DNA from: Tubiluchus corallicola
Taxonomy: Eukaryota; Animalia; Priapulida
Direction of reading: 5' to 3'
Length of the DNA: 60,254 bases
Assembly: GCA_030141605.1 (NCBI GenBank)
Contig: JAQGDQ010001132.1
Location: 1 to 60,254, forward strand
Shown piece by piece: positions 35,501 through 46,099 of the stretch (its first letter is position 1; every line of letters begins with the position of its first letter). The notes beneath the pieces were generated by a model, which worked only from the letters and a program-made list of their open reading frames with translations, made no database searches and had not been told where the DNA came from. Position numbers and translations under genes: made by a program.

Positions 35501-37638
35501 ATTTGCCGACTGTAGACAAACCTTCAATTTTTGAAGAAAATCATCCAGTAACGGTATTGCCTAAACCACCTGTAGAACCTGTTAGACGATCCAGTAGAAT
35601 CAGGAAGGCTCCTGATAGGTTGATTGAGTCTGTGTGATTTGTTTGCAAATCGGTACCTTAATTGAAATAATTTAGTACTGATTTGGAATTTCTGTATTAG
35701 GGCACATACAAATTGGTGTTTGTATTTTCATTGGCTAATTGTCATTATAGCTTATAATAGTTATTCTGATTGAAGATTTCTTTTGGTAGACTATACCTAA
35801 TTAGAGTTATATTACACGTACTTGGGTCTACTTGTTACTTACGTGTTTTAGTTGTCGCAATTCATTATAGTTATGTTCAATTATTTTGAGAATTCAGTAC
35901 ATATTACTCTGGCTGTTTGATGGGTTTTCCCCAAATTACTTTACTGTGTAAATTTAAATGGTTTGAGAGAGAATCAAACAAGTTAAATAATACCTAATTC
36001 TGTGTAAGTTCACAGTGGTGTATTCGTTGTGCATTGAAGTTGTATTGCACATTTCAAAAACTATCTTTTGTTGATTTTCCTAAATGTGTTAAGTTTATTT
36101 TGATGCTAGTTTATATCTAGAGGGGAGGATTGTTATGTATTTATCTAATTGTGATGTCTGGTGAATAAATTATGTTTATCAGTAATGGCTGCTTGTGCGT
36201 AGTTCACAATAAAGTGGTAGAACCGTTACAGTAATTTGGACATATTTTACATTGGAAATAAGTAGCTGACGTAGTAAAACCGTTACAGTAATTTGGACAT
36301 ATTTTACATTGGAAATAAGCAGCTGAAGTAGTAGAACCATTACAGTAATTTGGACATATTTTACATTGGAAATAAGTAGCTGACGTAGTAAAACCGTTAC
36401 AGTAATTTGGAAATATTTTACACTGGAAATAAGCAGCTGAAGTAGAGAGCCCTTACAGTCATTTGGACATATTTTACATTGAAAATAAGCAGCTGAAGTA
36501 GTAGAACCGTTACAGTAATTTGGACATATTTTATATTGGAAATAAGCAGCTGAAGTAGTAGAGCCATTACAGTAATTTGGACATATTTTACATTGGAAAT
36601 AAGTAGCTGACGTAGTAAAACCGTTACAGTAATTTGGAAATATTTTACACTGGAAATAAGCAGCTGAAGTAGAGAGCCCTTACAGTCATTTGGACATATT
36701 TTACATTGAAAATAAGCAGCTGAAGTAGTAGAACCGTTACAGTAATTTGGACATATTTTACATTGGAAATAAGCAGCTGAAGTAGTAGAGCCATTACAGT
36801 AATTTGGACATATTTTACATTGGAAATAAGTAGCTGACGTAGTAAAACCGTTACAGTAATTTGGAAATATTTTACACTGGAAATAAGCAGCTGAAGTAGA
36901 GAGCCCTTACAGTAATTTGGACATATTTTACATTGGAAATAAGCAGCTGTAGTAGTAGAACCGTTACAGTAATTTGGACATATTTTACATTGGAAATAAG
37001 CAGCTGAAGTAGTAGAACCGTTACAGTAATTTGGAAATATTTTACACTGGAAATAAGTAGCTGGTGTAGTAGAAGTATTACATTAATTTGGACATATTTT
37101 ACATTGGAAATAAGTAGCTGACGTAGTAGAACCGTTACAGTAATTTGGACATATTTTACATTGGAAATAAGCAGCTGAAGTAGTAGAACCATTACAGTAA
37201 TTTGGACATATTTTACATTGGAAATAAGTAGCTGACGTAGTAGAACCGTTACAGTAATTTGGACATATTTTACATTGGAAATAAGCAGCTGAAGTAGTAG
37301 AACCGTTACAGTAATTTGGACATATTTTACATTGGGAATAAGCAGCTGAAGTAGTAAAACCGTTACAGTAATTTGGACATATTTTACATTGTAAATAAGC
37401 AGCTGAAGTGGTAGAACCGTTACAGTAATTTGGACATATTTTATATTAGAAATAAGCAACTGATGTAGTAGAACCCTTACAGTAATTTGGACATATTTTT
37501 ATTCCAGGGAAATGTGGAACGTGGAAGAATGTACTTACTGTCGCTCAAAGTGAATTTGTCGATGGACTTTATGAAACACATTTCAGTAAAACTGGGATAT
37601 CACACAATTTTGACTTGTCAGAAGTTAATGAAATATAA
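26598..37638 (+). CDS. Cytosolic sulfotransferase (Sulfotransfer_1, SULT1-like), ~315 aa, 6 coding exons
   Basis: Exons 26598-26742, 28017-28276, 29235-29382, 30351-30445, 30647-30815, 37508-37638; 948 nt, phases match. 5'-PSB TFPRSGTTW, catalytic PRLFKTH, 3'-PB RNPKDVVVS, YGSYWKH, RRGKCGTWKN and KxxxTVxxxE dimerisation motif (KNVLTVAQSE). Confidence 0.93.
27085..27262 (-). mobile_element. Short CR1/L2-like LINE 3' coding remnant
   Basis: Minus strand reads TNNKYGNNSITKQGVQLWNTLPSNLKQIKSFDEFKSKIK, typical of ORF2 C-termini. Confidence 0.6.
27495..28011 (+). mobile_element. TTAA-specific (Kolobok/T2-like) MITE, copy 1; right end abuts SULT exon 2
   Basis: Ends ATCCGGTTTTCCT|TTAA; ~500-bp paralog at 28670-29159; reverse-complement end TTAA|AGGAAAACCGGAT at 30978-30994. 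Confidence 0.7.
28372..28582. repeat. 18-bp minisatellite (~12 copies)
   Basis: Unit GGAACAATATAATTACAG-like. Confidence 0.9.
28670..29159 (+). mobile_element. TTAA-specific MITE, copy 2
   Basis: Collinear with 27495-28011; ends TCCGGTTTTCTT|TTAA. Confidence 0.7.
29636..29725 (-). pseudogene. 5S rRNA-derived sequence (5' ~90 nt; pseudogene or SINE3 head)
   Basis: Minus strand GCCATATCACGTTGAAAACACCTGTTCTCGTCTGGTCACCGAAGTTAAGCAACGT...TACTTGGATGGGTGACC matches metazoan 5S; 3' end absent. Confidence 0.85.
29776..30105 (+). mobile_element. 5S rRNA 3' half (29776-29830) fused to a GC-rich RTE-like 5' UTR
   Basis: GCCTGGTTAGTACTTGGATGGGTGACCGCCTAGGTATACCAGGTGCTGTAGGCTT is 5S nt ~66-120; downstream CAGCCAACGGCTAGAGGGCGGAGGA...GCTTTCCTTTGGACTACACC resembles RTE 5' UTRs (from memory). 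Confidence 0.65.
31075..31609. repeat. 57-bp minisatellite, left part (~9.5 copies)
   Basis: Unit GGAAATAAGCAGCTGAAGTAGTAGAACCGTTACAGTAATTTGGACATATTTTACATT; continues after the Gypsy insertion. Confidence 0.95.
31610..36211 (+). mobile_element. Ty3/Gypsy LTR retrotransposon (Mag-like), 5' LTR absent, in last SULT intron
   Basis: Gag-pol ORFs to 34658 and 34648..35637; PPT AGAGGGGAGGA ~36119-36129; 81-bp LTR 36131-36211 (TGTTATG...CACAATA); AAGTG duplicated at 31605-31609 and 36212-36216. Confidence 0.93.
31611..35637 (+). pseudogene. Gypsy gag-pol (Gag, two CCHC knuckles, protease, RT, RNase H, integrase); start codon missing, one frameshift
   Basis: GEFN...DW..Y..RL Gag start; CGRC...H....C, CYKC...GH....C; VDTGA; RICGDYK, KLDLKNAYQQ, KIDD; CDASPFG, TDHKPL; HREH...CSVC; frameshift ~34640; HIDF, SDNGPQ, SNGAAER; RRSSRIRKAPDRL. 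Confidence 0.92.
36212..37500. repeat. 57-bp minisatellite, right part (~22 copies)
   Basis: Same unit as 31075-31609; last unit grades into the SULT exon-6 acceptor TTTTTATTCCAG. Confidence 0.95.
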
Positions 37639-37724
37639 TTACACGGCGTCTAAACCAATTACAATTTGTACAGAAGTGAAATATCTCCAGTTTCGTACTA
37701 GTTACAGTACGTGATAACACTAAC

Positions 37725-37860
37725 ATCCTATGCCTTTTTCCAAGCGTAAAACTAACATTAGCAGTGTCATTGCTTAAGTCTTTGTATGGCTCGATGGGGA
37801 GTCGAGCCCGCGACCTCCTTGATGGAAAGCTAGCAAACTACCATTGAACTACACCATCCG
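37725..37860 (-). mobile_element. tRNA-derived SINE fragment
   Basis: Minus strand GGTGTAGTTCAATGGTAG (A box) ... GGGCTCGACTCCC (B box-like) followed by CATACAAAGACTTAA, similar to 15154-15175. Confidence 0.6.
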
Positions 37861-38457
37861 ACTATCATCATCATCATCCTGTTATCATTATCATCACGTT
37901 TTTATTAATAGAATTGTATATCTTGCCACGTTAGTTTTTACAAGATTTGAGTTTGAACAACTTTTGTTATTGTTTAAGTTTAATTAAATTAAGTATTTAA
38001 TTAATAATTTGGCTATGCCAAAATTCAGCTTGACTGCTAAGACCGGTTTCATGAAAACCCAAAGATTGCCAATAAATACTGTTAAACTAAGCGACATGAT
38101 AAACTTCCATTTAAAAAATGCCAAAAAAAGTTTACAAAGCAGCCGCTACTCAATCACTGCACCAAAACAATGGTACCAACCTTTTTGATTGGCGAAAGAC
38201 ACTAAATCTGTCACCGTTAACTCAATTTATTCACAAGACTCAGAGGTCAAAGGTCAAGATCAGACATTATATTATAAAACAAGATCAATTTTACCACATC
38301 CGTAATTTATCTAGAAAACAGATGATAAAAAATGAACACAGACTGGGACAAACCTTTTCTTTAGCATTAACAGTGTTGCGCTTGACTAAGATGCACTTGA
38401 GTCATAGATATAATATAGCTTGTTTAGTGAACTAGTTGGGCAAATTAGATGAAATTT

Positions 38458-38755
38458 ATCATGTCAGGGTCGACTATCACTGGTCAATTTTATTATGTCA
38501 GGATCGGTTATCGCTGGTCAGTTTTTATCATGTCAGGGCCGACTATCACTGGTCAATTTTTATTATGTCAGGATCGACTATCGCTGGTCAGTTTTTATCA
38601 TGTCAGGGCCGACTATCACTGGTCAATTTTTATTATGTCAAGATCGGCTATCGCTGGTCATTTTTTATGTCAGGATCGACTATCACTGGTCAATTTTTAT
38701 TATGTCAAGATCGGCTATCGCTGGTCATTTTTTATGTCAGGATCGACTATCACTT
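38458..38755. repeat. 34-35-bp minisatellite (~8.5 copies)
   Basis: Unit ATGTCAGGATCGACTATCACTGGTCAATTTTTATT. Confidence 0.92.
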
Positions 38756-39394
38756 TGAATTTCCCTTGGCTGCCACAAGAGCTGATATTTGAGCAGAACT
38801 TAATGGAACAACTTCAAAACTAGAGGGTCCATTTGACGATTGTGAAGGAACATACTTAAATGGTTGATTAGCAGGTTGCTGTTCTGGGTTTATGCTGTAC
38901 AACGGTGATGGTCCATACTGCTGCTGAGTTGGGCTATATGAACCTTCAAACGAAACCGAAGGCTGTTGAAATTGAGTTTGTGTGGATCCTTACACAAAAG
39001 GCTGTTGTTTTGCATGTCGGTGAATGCAACCGTTCAAATTTCATTAATGTTTGTTTAATAAGATGTGGTTTGGTTAATATTGGTAGATATTTATCACAGA
39101 ATTCTAATCAATTTTGCAGTGTCTGTTCATTGACTGCAAATGCTACCTTTTATACTCAAATTTTTGTTTGTTTCATTATCAAGAGCCTGTATTACAGTTT
39201 TGAACTAGGCGTTGCAAATATTCATGATTGAGGTTAACTTATGCTTGTGTTTTATGAAGTTTAATTAGGAGTTTATATAAATACTTACTTACTTCCTCTC
39301 TTAACCTATGATTTCTCTTCAAACTATGATTTGGTAATCAGTGCTGTTCTGAAACCGAAAAAAACGATCTATACCGATACCAATTTTTTTTACT

Positions 39395-39660
39395 TTTTCT
39401 CGAAACCAATACAGAATTGATGCCGATTTCTTTATTTTTCTCGAAACCAATACAGAATTGATGCCGATTTTTTCATTTTTCTCGAAACCGATACAGAATT
39501 GATGCCGATTTTTTTATTTTTCTCGAAACCGATACAGAATTGATGCCGATTTTTTCATTTTTCTCGAAACCGATACACAATTGATGCCGATTTTTTCATT
39601 TTTCTCGAAACCGATACAAAATTGATGCCGATTTTTTTATTTCTTTCGAAAAAGATACCG
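39395..39660. repeat. 41-bp minisatellite (~6.5 copies)
   Basis: CGAAACC at 39401, 39442, 39483, 39524, 39565, 39606. Confidence 0.92.
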
Positions 39661-40025
39661 AAGTCCACTGCTGGCAGGCTGCTAACTTGTATATTTCCTA
39701 GTCGTCTTGTGAGCACTGCTGTGAGCGGCGACGGCAACGCATCACCCGTTTGTGCAAATTTCCTGCTTCTGTGATCTTCAGCATCCTGTAGAGTACCTTC
39801 ACCCGTATCCCCTGATGGTCCGGCTTGAAACAATTCAATTGAATTTCAGGGAGCTACAATTTGGATGCTTGAGTCTTCGGATGCTGTAATAGGTGCTTCT
39901 CTTACTGATATTTCAAGAGGCGCGACTCTTGTTCCGCGGCGCCAAAAGACACCTCTTCTTCTTCTTCGTCTCTGGTTCTCATCTACCTACCTACCTACCT
40001 ACTTACCTACCTACTTACTTACCTA

Positions 40026-40058
40026 CTTCGGAGGCGTGGGTTCGAATCCCACCGCTGC
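40026..40058 (+). pseudogene. tRNA-Leu 3' fragment (variable arm, T arm, acceptor strand)
   Basis: Matches the 3' part of metazoan tRNA-Leu(AAG/TAG); D arm and anticodon absent. Confidence 0.8.
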
Positions 40059-40061
40059 GTG

Positions 40062-40170
40062 TACCTCCAACACCTGGTATTCCTAGTCGGTCACCCATCC
40101 AAGTACTAACCCACCTCTACGTTGCTTAACTACGGTGATCAGACGAGAACCGGTGTCATCAACATGATTT
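40062..40170 (-). pseudogene. 5S rRNA pseudogene / SINE3 head
   Basis: Minus strand ACACCGGTTCTCGTCTGATCACCGTAGTTAAGCAACGTAGAGGTGGGTTAGTACTTGGATGGGTGACCGACTAGGAATACCAGGTGTTGGAGG; no oligo-T terminator. Confidence 0.85.
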
Positions 40171-41394
40171 GAACAACCGGTATCTTCCACGCCGTAGTTG
40201 TGTATAAGCACCTGCTCGTGATATACAAGAATTGGTAACTTGCTACATAGGAACATGTACTAATGCGTATAAATTGTCCTCAAATACCAGTAAAATCCAC
40301 ACTAAGTTTCGTTTATTAATAATCAGTATGCAAATCAGTAACAACAGTATACAAACATGTTTAATATTAGCCTATATCGATTCGATTTTTTTACTTTTTC
40401 AAGAACGGAGGTGAACGACTTAAAAAAGGACAAAAATTCGGATTTCCGTGATAAGTAATCTAGCTTGTCGCCTAGGAGTCACAAATATACAGAAATTTTG
40501 CTGTATTACACGAGAAGTCATTCCACGTGTTCCCATTTGCCCGCAGGATGGCGCAGCTTTCGCCATCGCCGTAATTATCCGGTTGGCCATCTGCTACGTC
40601 CCAAGAAGTAAAATTCAGTTTAATTCAGTAAAAGCTGCTGCTGCTGGGTTTTTGTTAGGTAAGTAAACAAACACTAGATAGAATGTTCGCGTATTTTTGA
40701 TTATACGTGTATTGATACGCAAATTTTTTTGCGGGACCTCTGCTAGTTAATAATTCATACTGCAGAAACGTTTCAGATAATTAAATAATAGATTAAAAAC
40801 TTCATTAGTGGCAGACGAGCACAACTATTGATGACATCACAAACTAACATAATTTTCAACAGCAAAAATATTTCACGAACGTGTTGCACGTGTTTGCGAA
40901 AGAGAAAATTGAAGTACAGTGCTACTGTAAGATATTCAGTGTGTTGCACTAAAACTAGGCAAGTTTTATGATAAAAATTCAAATTTCAAATTTACCGCTG
41001 TGCTCACAGGCGAGTTGTCGAACGTGTGTAGTTTGTCACAAACTAACACAATTGAACTGAGAGGTACAGCACCTGTTGTTTTATGAAATGCAGGTGCTAG
41101 TACCCGTTAAACTAGCAAATGGCAAAATACATGTAACATCAAAGAACTAATGGCGCGAACGCGAAATTGTGTGATAATAATTCTTGAGGTAAGTCATTTA
41201 TGAAGAAATGTACTACGGTTTGCTTACAAAAAACAGGTCAATCTAGAACAACCTGTTATAAAATATGTACAATTTTGACTTTGTGCAATAAAGTTCTTCA
41301 CGTCAACTTCTTGAAAGCTCTACTGTAACTTTTACGTCGTTTTAATTTTCCGCGTGCCTTAATCCATGCTTCACATATCTTAAGGAAAGGACGT

Positions 41395-41705
41395 GTAAAT
41401 TAGCGTGTTCGGTTTATATCTCTGCTATCACTTAAACTGTTTGTGGTGTGTTAAATGAAAGGACAAGTCATTTAGCGTGTTCGGTTTATATAACCGCTAT
41501 CAGTTAAACTATTTGTGGTGTGTTAAAGGAAAGGGCAAGTCATTTAGCGTGTTCGGTTTATATCACCGCTATCAGTTAAACTGTTTGTGGTGTGTTATAG
41601 GAAAGGACAAGTCCCTTAGCGTGTTCGGTTTATATCACTGCTATCGCATAAACAGTTTGTGGTGTGTTAAAGGAAAGGACAAGTCATTTAGCACGTTCAG
41701 TTTAA
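41395..41705. repeat. 72-bp tandem repeat (~4.3 copies)
   Basis: TTAGCGTGTTCGG at 41400, 41472, 41544, 41616 and a variant at 41688. Confidence 0.92.
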
Positions 41706-41858
41706 TTTACTATTATCACCTAGATAAATATAGTAGAGAAATTACCAAAAAATGTCTATAAAGCATAAATTTAATTCATACAATCGCTGTATAGAAAATT
41801 TTAGGCACGCTGGTAGCTGTCGTTCATTTGAAAATCACAGACGGAAGTGGTGGCTTCC

Positions 41859-42073
41859 TGACTTTCCGTAAGCATCATCGTGACTTTCCGTAAGCATCAT
41901 CGTGACTTTCCGTAAGCATCATCGTGACTTTCCGTAAGCATCATCGTGACTTTCCGTAAGCATCATCGTGACTTTCCGTAAGCATCATTGTGACTTTCCG
42001 TAAGCATCATCATGACTTTCCGCAAGCATCATCGTGACTTTCCGTAAACATCATTGTGACTTTCGGTAAGCAT
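41859..42073. repeat. 22-bp minisatellite (~10 copies)
   Basis: Unit TGACTTTCCGTAAGCATCATCG. Confidence 0.95.
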
Positions 42074-42884
42074 TTGCTGCTCAAATCAATTTAAACTTCT
42101 ACAGCTTACCTAATATTAAGCAAAAATATCACGAATTTTCTTTTCTAACTTTTTTTGTGAAATCTTATAGTTTTGAGGGAAATTGACAGTGAAGTTCTTT
42201 TCTTCAACCGATGAATGACGTCATTGGTGGAAGAATCCGCATTCAAAATCCAGTTCAAGCGTGAAACGGATTTTAAATTGACTTTACTTACTTATACGAG
42301 GTGCTTATTGCATTTTTATTACTAAATCCTTCTAACATCTTTCGTGAACATTGAAATAAGTCCAACTTTCCAGAAAGATTGACGTTTCCTTTAATAAAAC
42401 TATCAGAATTGCGTCAGTATGTGGCAAAAGAGAATCATGTGTTAGCGGTTTTCTTCCGATTTCATTCTGTTGCAGCTGCACTCCCTTCCATTGTTATTTT
42501 GGTGTAAGGCCGCTAGATGGCAGCACCTGCCAGCGTCTAAGCAGCGCTTTTATCATGATTCCAAGCAAATTTGTTTGCAGTACTATTGAAACATTTCTCA
42601 GCCATAGATTGCATAATAATGCATATCTATCATGGTCCCTATAAAACTTTGCTTTACTTTATATCTTCCATCTGTAAAAAGTTGTTTTCCTCCACACTAG
42701 AAAGACAAAATTACGCCAGTTATCAAACACATTCAAATAAACATAAATAAATAAATATGTTTATGCATTCGGCATGGGATTTGACAGCAAAGCAATAATT
42801 ATTTAAGTAATTATAAATTACTATTTACAAATAAATGCAAATTTGCTTGCTACAGACTTCCAAATACTTCGTTGACAGAGAAAT

Positions 42885-42992
42885 TAGACAAGAAGAAAAG
42901 GAAAGAATTGGAGAGAAAGAGACAGAAAAAGGGGAAAAAGAGGGATATATATATATATATACATATGTAGAGAGGGGAGAGAGAAACAGAGA

Positions 42993-43031
<39 letters not shown>

Positions 43032-43076
43032 CCAGAGAGAAAGAGAGGAGAGAGAGAGAGGGGGAGAGAGAGGATA

Positions 43077-43130
<54 letters not shown>

Positions 43131-43148
43131 GTGAGTGAGTGAGTGAGT
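42885..43148. repeat. (GA)n/(GAGT)n purine-rich microsatellite
   Basis: Directly visible. Confidence 0.95.
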
Positions 43149-45009
43149 AACGGGCCAAATTATGTGGACTGAAAGAGAAGACAAGGTCATGCAAGTGAAG
43201 CAGGACAATGCTGCAAAAGCCAAATCATGCAACGTAACTGGGTTTTACAGCTCCCCCAAAAGTCTGGATGTGGCCTGTATTTGAGCTAGGGACTTACATT
43301 GCATTGCATCCTTGACCACTAGGCTGCCGAATCTTCCACTGGTCAAGCCAGTTCTAACCCTTACAGCCAGTCAAAAAAGTTCAGCATTTCCGGTATTAGC
43401 TCGCACTTAGCGAATCTGTTTTTTGAGCCAGAAATTTCCAGTAGTGTTAAAATTAATCACCAAAATCAAAAAGCAGAAAATATGAAAAAGCCAAAATGCA
43501 GTTTGGATTTTAACTGAGAACAAAATTTAATGTGGAAGTTCCCTGGTTCAAATCCAGACTGCATACCATTTTTTCACATTTCTTGTGTCCCAGGTTTGTT
43601 ATCAAGCAGGGATATTACCGAAACTGAATTAAAAAACCGAAACCGAAAATTATCAAAATATAAGAAACTGATACGAAATGTAACAGAACAGAAACATTTC
43701 TGGCAATACCAAAAATTGCAAAAAGAAAAATCCAAAATAAGTTAAATATTTTGTTTGTTTGTTTGTTTGTATTTGCTGGGAAGCAAAGTTGCTGATAAAA
43801 AATTCTAATACAAAAACACAATGAGTTTTTATAGTACAGAACGTCAAGCTTAATGGAGTGGTTTACCTATTTATAAACAAATAAATAAATAAATAAATAA
43901 ATAAAACGTGATTTTGCTCAAATAAATTCAAACATTGCTTGATATTTCGGTTGATTGGGCTTGGAGACCCTAATGCTTCACAGTCGCCAGCACTGAAGAT
44001 ACGCCGCTTTACCGGCAAAAGCATGTCACAAACTATTACGTAAACGAAAATTTCACTTTATTTGAACTAATTAAACTAAGATTTTTCAGCAGTTTTTGTC
44101 TCTAGGAGAAAAAAAGATATATTGAATAAATTCTAGTAAAAACTAAAACCACGGAAAACGCTACAGAAAATTATCCGAAATTTCGGCAATGAAACTTAAT
44201 TCGCCGTACCGGAAATTTCGTTTCTGTAACAACCTTGCTATCAAGACGTATTGATCTTGACTTTGATTATGTACAGAAATTTCTGCCCCAAAATAATCAA
44301 ATTAAAAAAATATGATCTAATTGCTTAGAATCCACACTGCATCCCAACTTTTTCAGATTTCCGAGCATGGCAATTTTCATCATTCTGCTATTTTTCACTC
44401 TCCTGCTTCTAGCAATGTGGGAAATCCCCATGAGAAGTAGGCCATCATTTCTGTTACTTCATTTCGATTCGAATTCTGACGACTCACACAATAACGATAG
44501 ATTATTTTCCAGATACATGTCAGAAATGTGCACAATTGTGCTAGTAATTCAGACACAAATGAATAAATAAAAAACAGCTAAATAGATAATGAGAACTAAA
44601 ACAAACAGATAAACAATTGTATGCCGATTAAGCAAGCTAAATAAAGGAAAAAACAGAAAACATGAAAGAAGTTATTTTATTAATAGAGCATCCAGAGGGC
44701 AGAAGCAATTTAATATTGAATAGCTGCTGAGCATTCTTAGTGGTGAAAGTCAAACAGCATCAAGTTTTACATGGAATTAAACTGCATGTGAAGTTTTCAA
44801 GAAAATTTTTGTCTAATTTGTATTGTCTGATTTGTCTAATTCAAATTGTGATGGTTTCAGAGATTGCTTATTTTAGCATATTTGAATTATTATTATTTCA
44901 AATTGAAACAATAAAGACGGTAACAGTAACTAAACCGAAACAAGGAAGACTAGCAATGGGACCACCATATCAGATGTTTAAGTCAAACTAAATAAAACTT
45001 TACTGTCGT

Positions 45010-45305
45010 TCATTGTACGTAATTGCCAAAAACTGGAAACAGCAATTTCAGACAGGGAAATTTGGCAGAAGTCACTGTTTGATGGGGTGAAGCACAATGA
45101 AGGTAGGCTTCAGCTACTATGGGAAGAGAAGCGTCAAAGCAGGAAGAATCGTACCAAAGATGCTTCAGCATTTCAGTGCACTAACCTTGGAAGATCTTGC
45201 TCTGTTCGCGAAGGCCTCTGCAATCATCGACTGAAATGTGTCAACAACTCACAGTAAATTTGCAAAAAGTAATTAATAGTTAAACGACTGAAGAGGTCAT
45301 CGCGT
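45010..45305 (+). mobile_element. RTE-clade LINE 3' end, copy in unit A
   Basis: E....DR..W...WEEKRQ.RK...FQC...GRSC..R.GL..H...C zinc finger typical of RTE ORF ends. Confidence 0.75.
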
Positions 45306-46099
45306 AGTAGAGATTATCAACTTTGTGCAGCACTACTGCCACCTTGCAGTACAATGTGCACTTTATAAACAAAAAAACGTGTACAAAGAGGATGAACAAG
45401 TTATGCTGCTTTACTGTCGAAACTGCTACCATTTAAGTAATTTCTCATTTATTTTGTGTGACATGATTTTACTTTGTTTAGAAGTGCATGACGGTGTGTT
45501 GTAAACCTTTGTCAAAGTAACGAAAGTAATATTCGTTACTTGGGGAAAAAAAGCTTAGATATATATGTGTTATTGTTTTAGCTACGTGTGGGTAGCATAT
45601 TCAGTAGATAATTTTCTTTCAGATATTAATTTTCTGTACAACTATAATACACTACTTTAGTTCATCACTGTTCATCCTGTAACAGCCATCATTAAAATGA
45701 TGATATTTGCACCCAATTCTCATAATCATGATTCAAAAACATAAAATCACATTAAAATGTTCCATCAAAATACACATGTAATAAAACTAAAATTCGTTAA
45801 ATTTAATCTACTTTGCAATGTGCACATAAGTTCAGAAACTAAATTTACTGTAAACAAAAATTTAGAGAGTACAACAACAGCTACAAACAAGTTAATAAAT
45901 TTTGCTTGGCTGGACATTGATGGAAGAAACCACAAATATATCTTATTATAATTTAACCTCAGAGCTAAACTGACTAAGGTAAGATAGGCCTATTTTGTAC
46001 AGACACAGGGCAACTATTTCCATGCAATGATAAAAATATTTACACAATACACAAAAGTTTTAAAATCACACACATTTTAGTTTAAAAATAAATTCTGAC

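Larger units (their letters stand above)
39983..40200 (-). mobile_element. Composite SINE-like element: degenerate 5S head + antisense tRNA-Leu fragment + (AGGT)n tail
   Basis: 5S-like 40062-40170 (-), CTTCGGAGGCGTGGGTTCGAATCCCACCGCTGC 40026-40058 (+), (CCTA)n 39983-40025. Confidence 0.65.

Noticed and set aside
36872-37459. 195-aa ORF of 19-aa repeats on minus strand
   Set aside because: Translation of the 57-bp satellite; frame broken in neighbouring units.
31075-37500. CRISPR-like appearance of this and other tandem arrays
   Set aside because: Units are contiguous with no unique spacers, there are no cas genes, and the context is eukaryotic.
38880-39980. Possible decayed LINE ORF1 or other coding remnant on minus strand
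   Set aside because: Multiple stops and no motif I can identify reliably.
43620-43650. GAAACCGAAA IRF-like motifs here and at ~39351
   Set aside because: Embedded in repeat-like sequence and not near a gene start.
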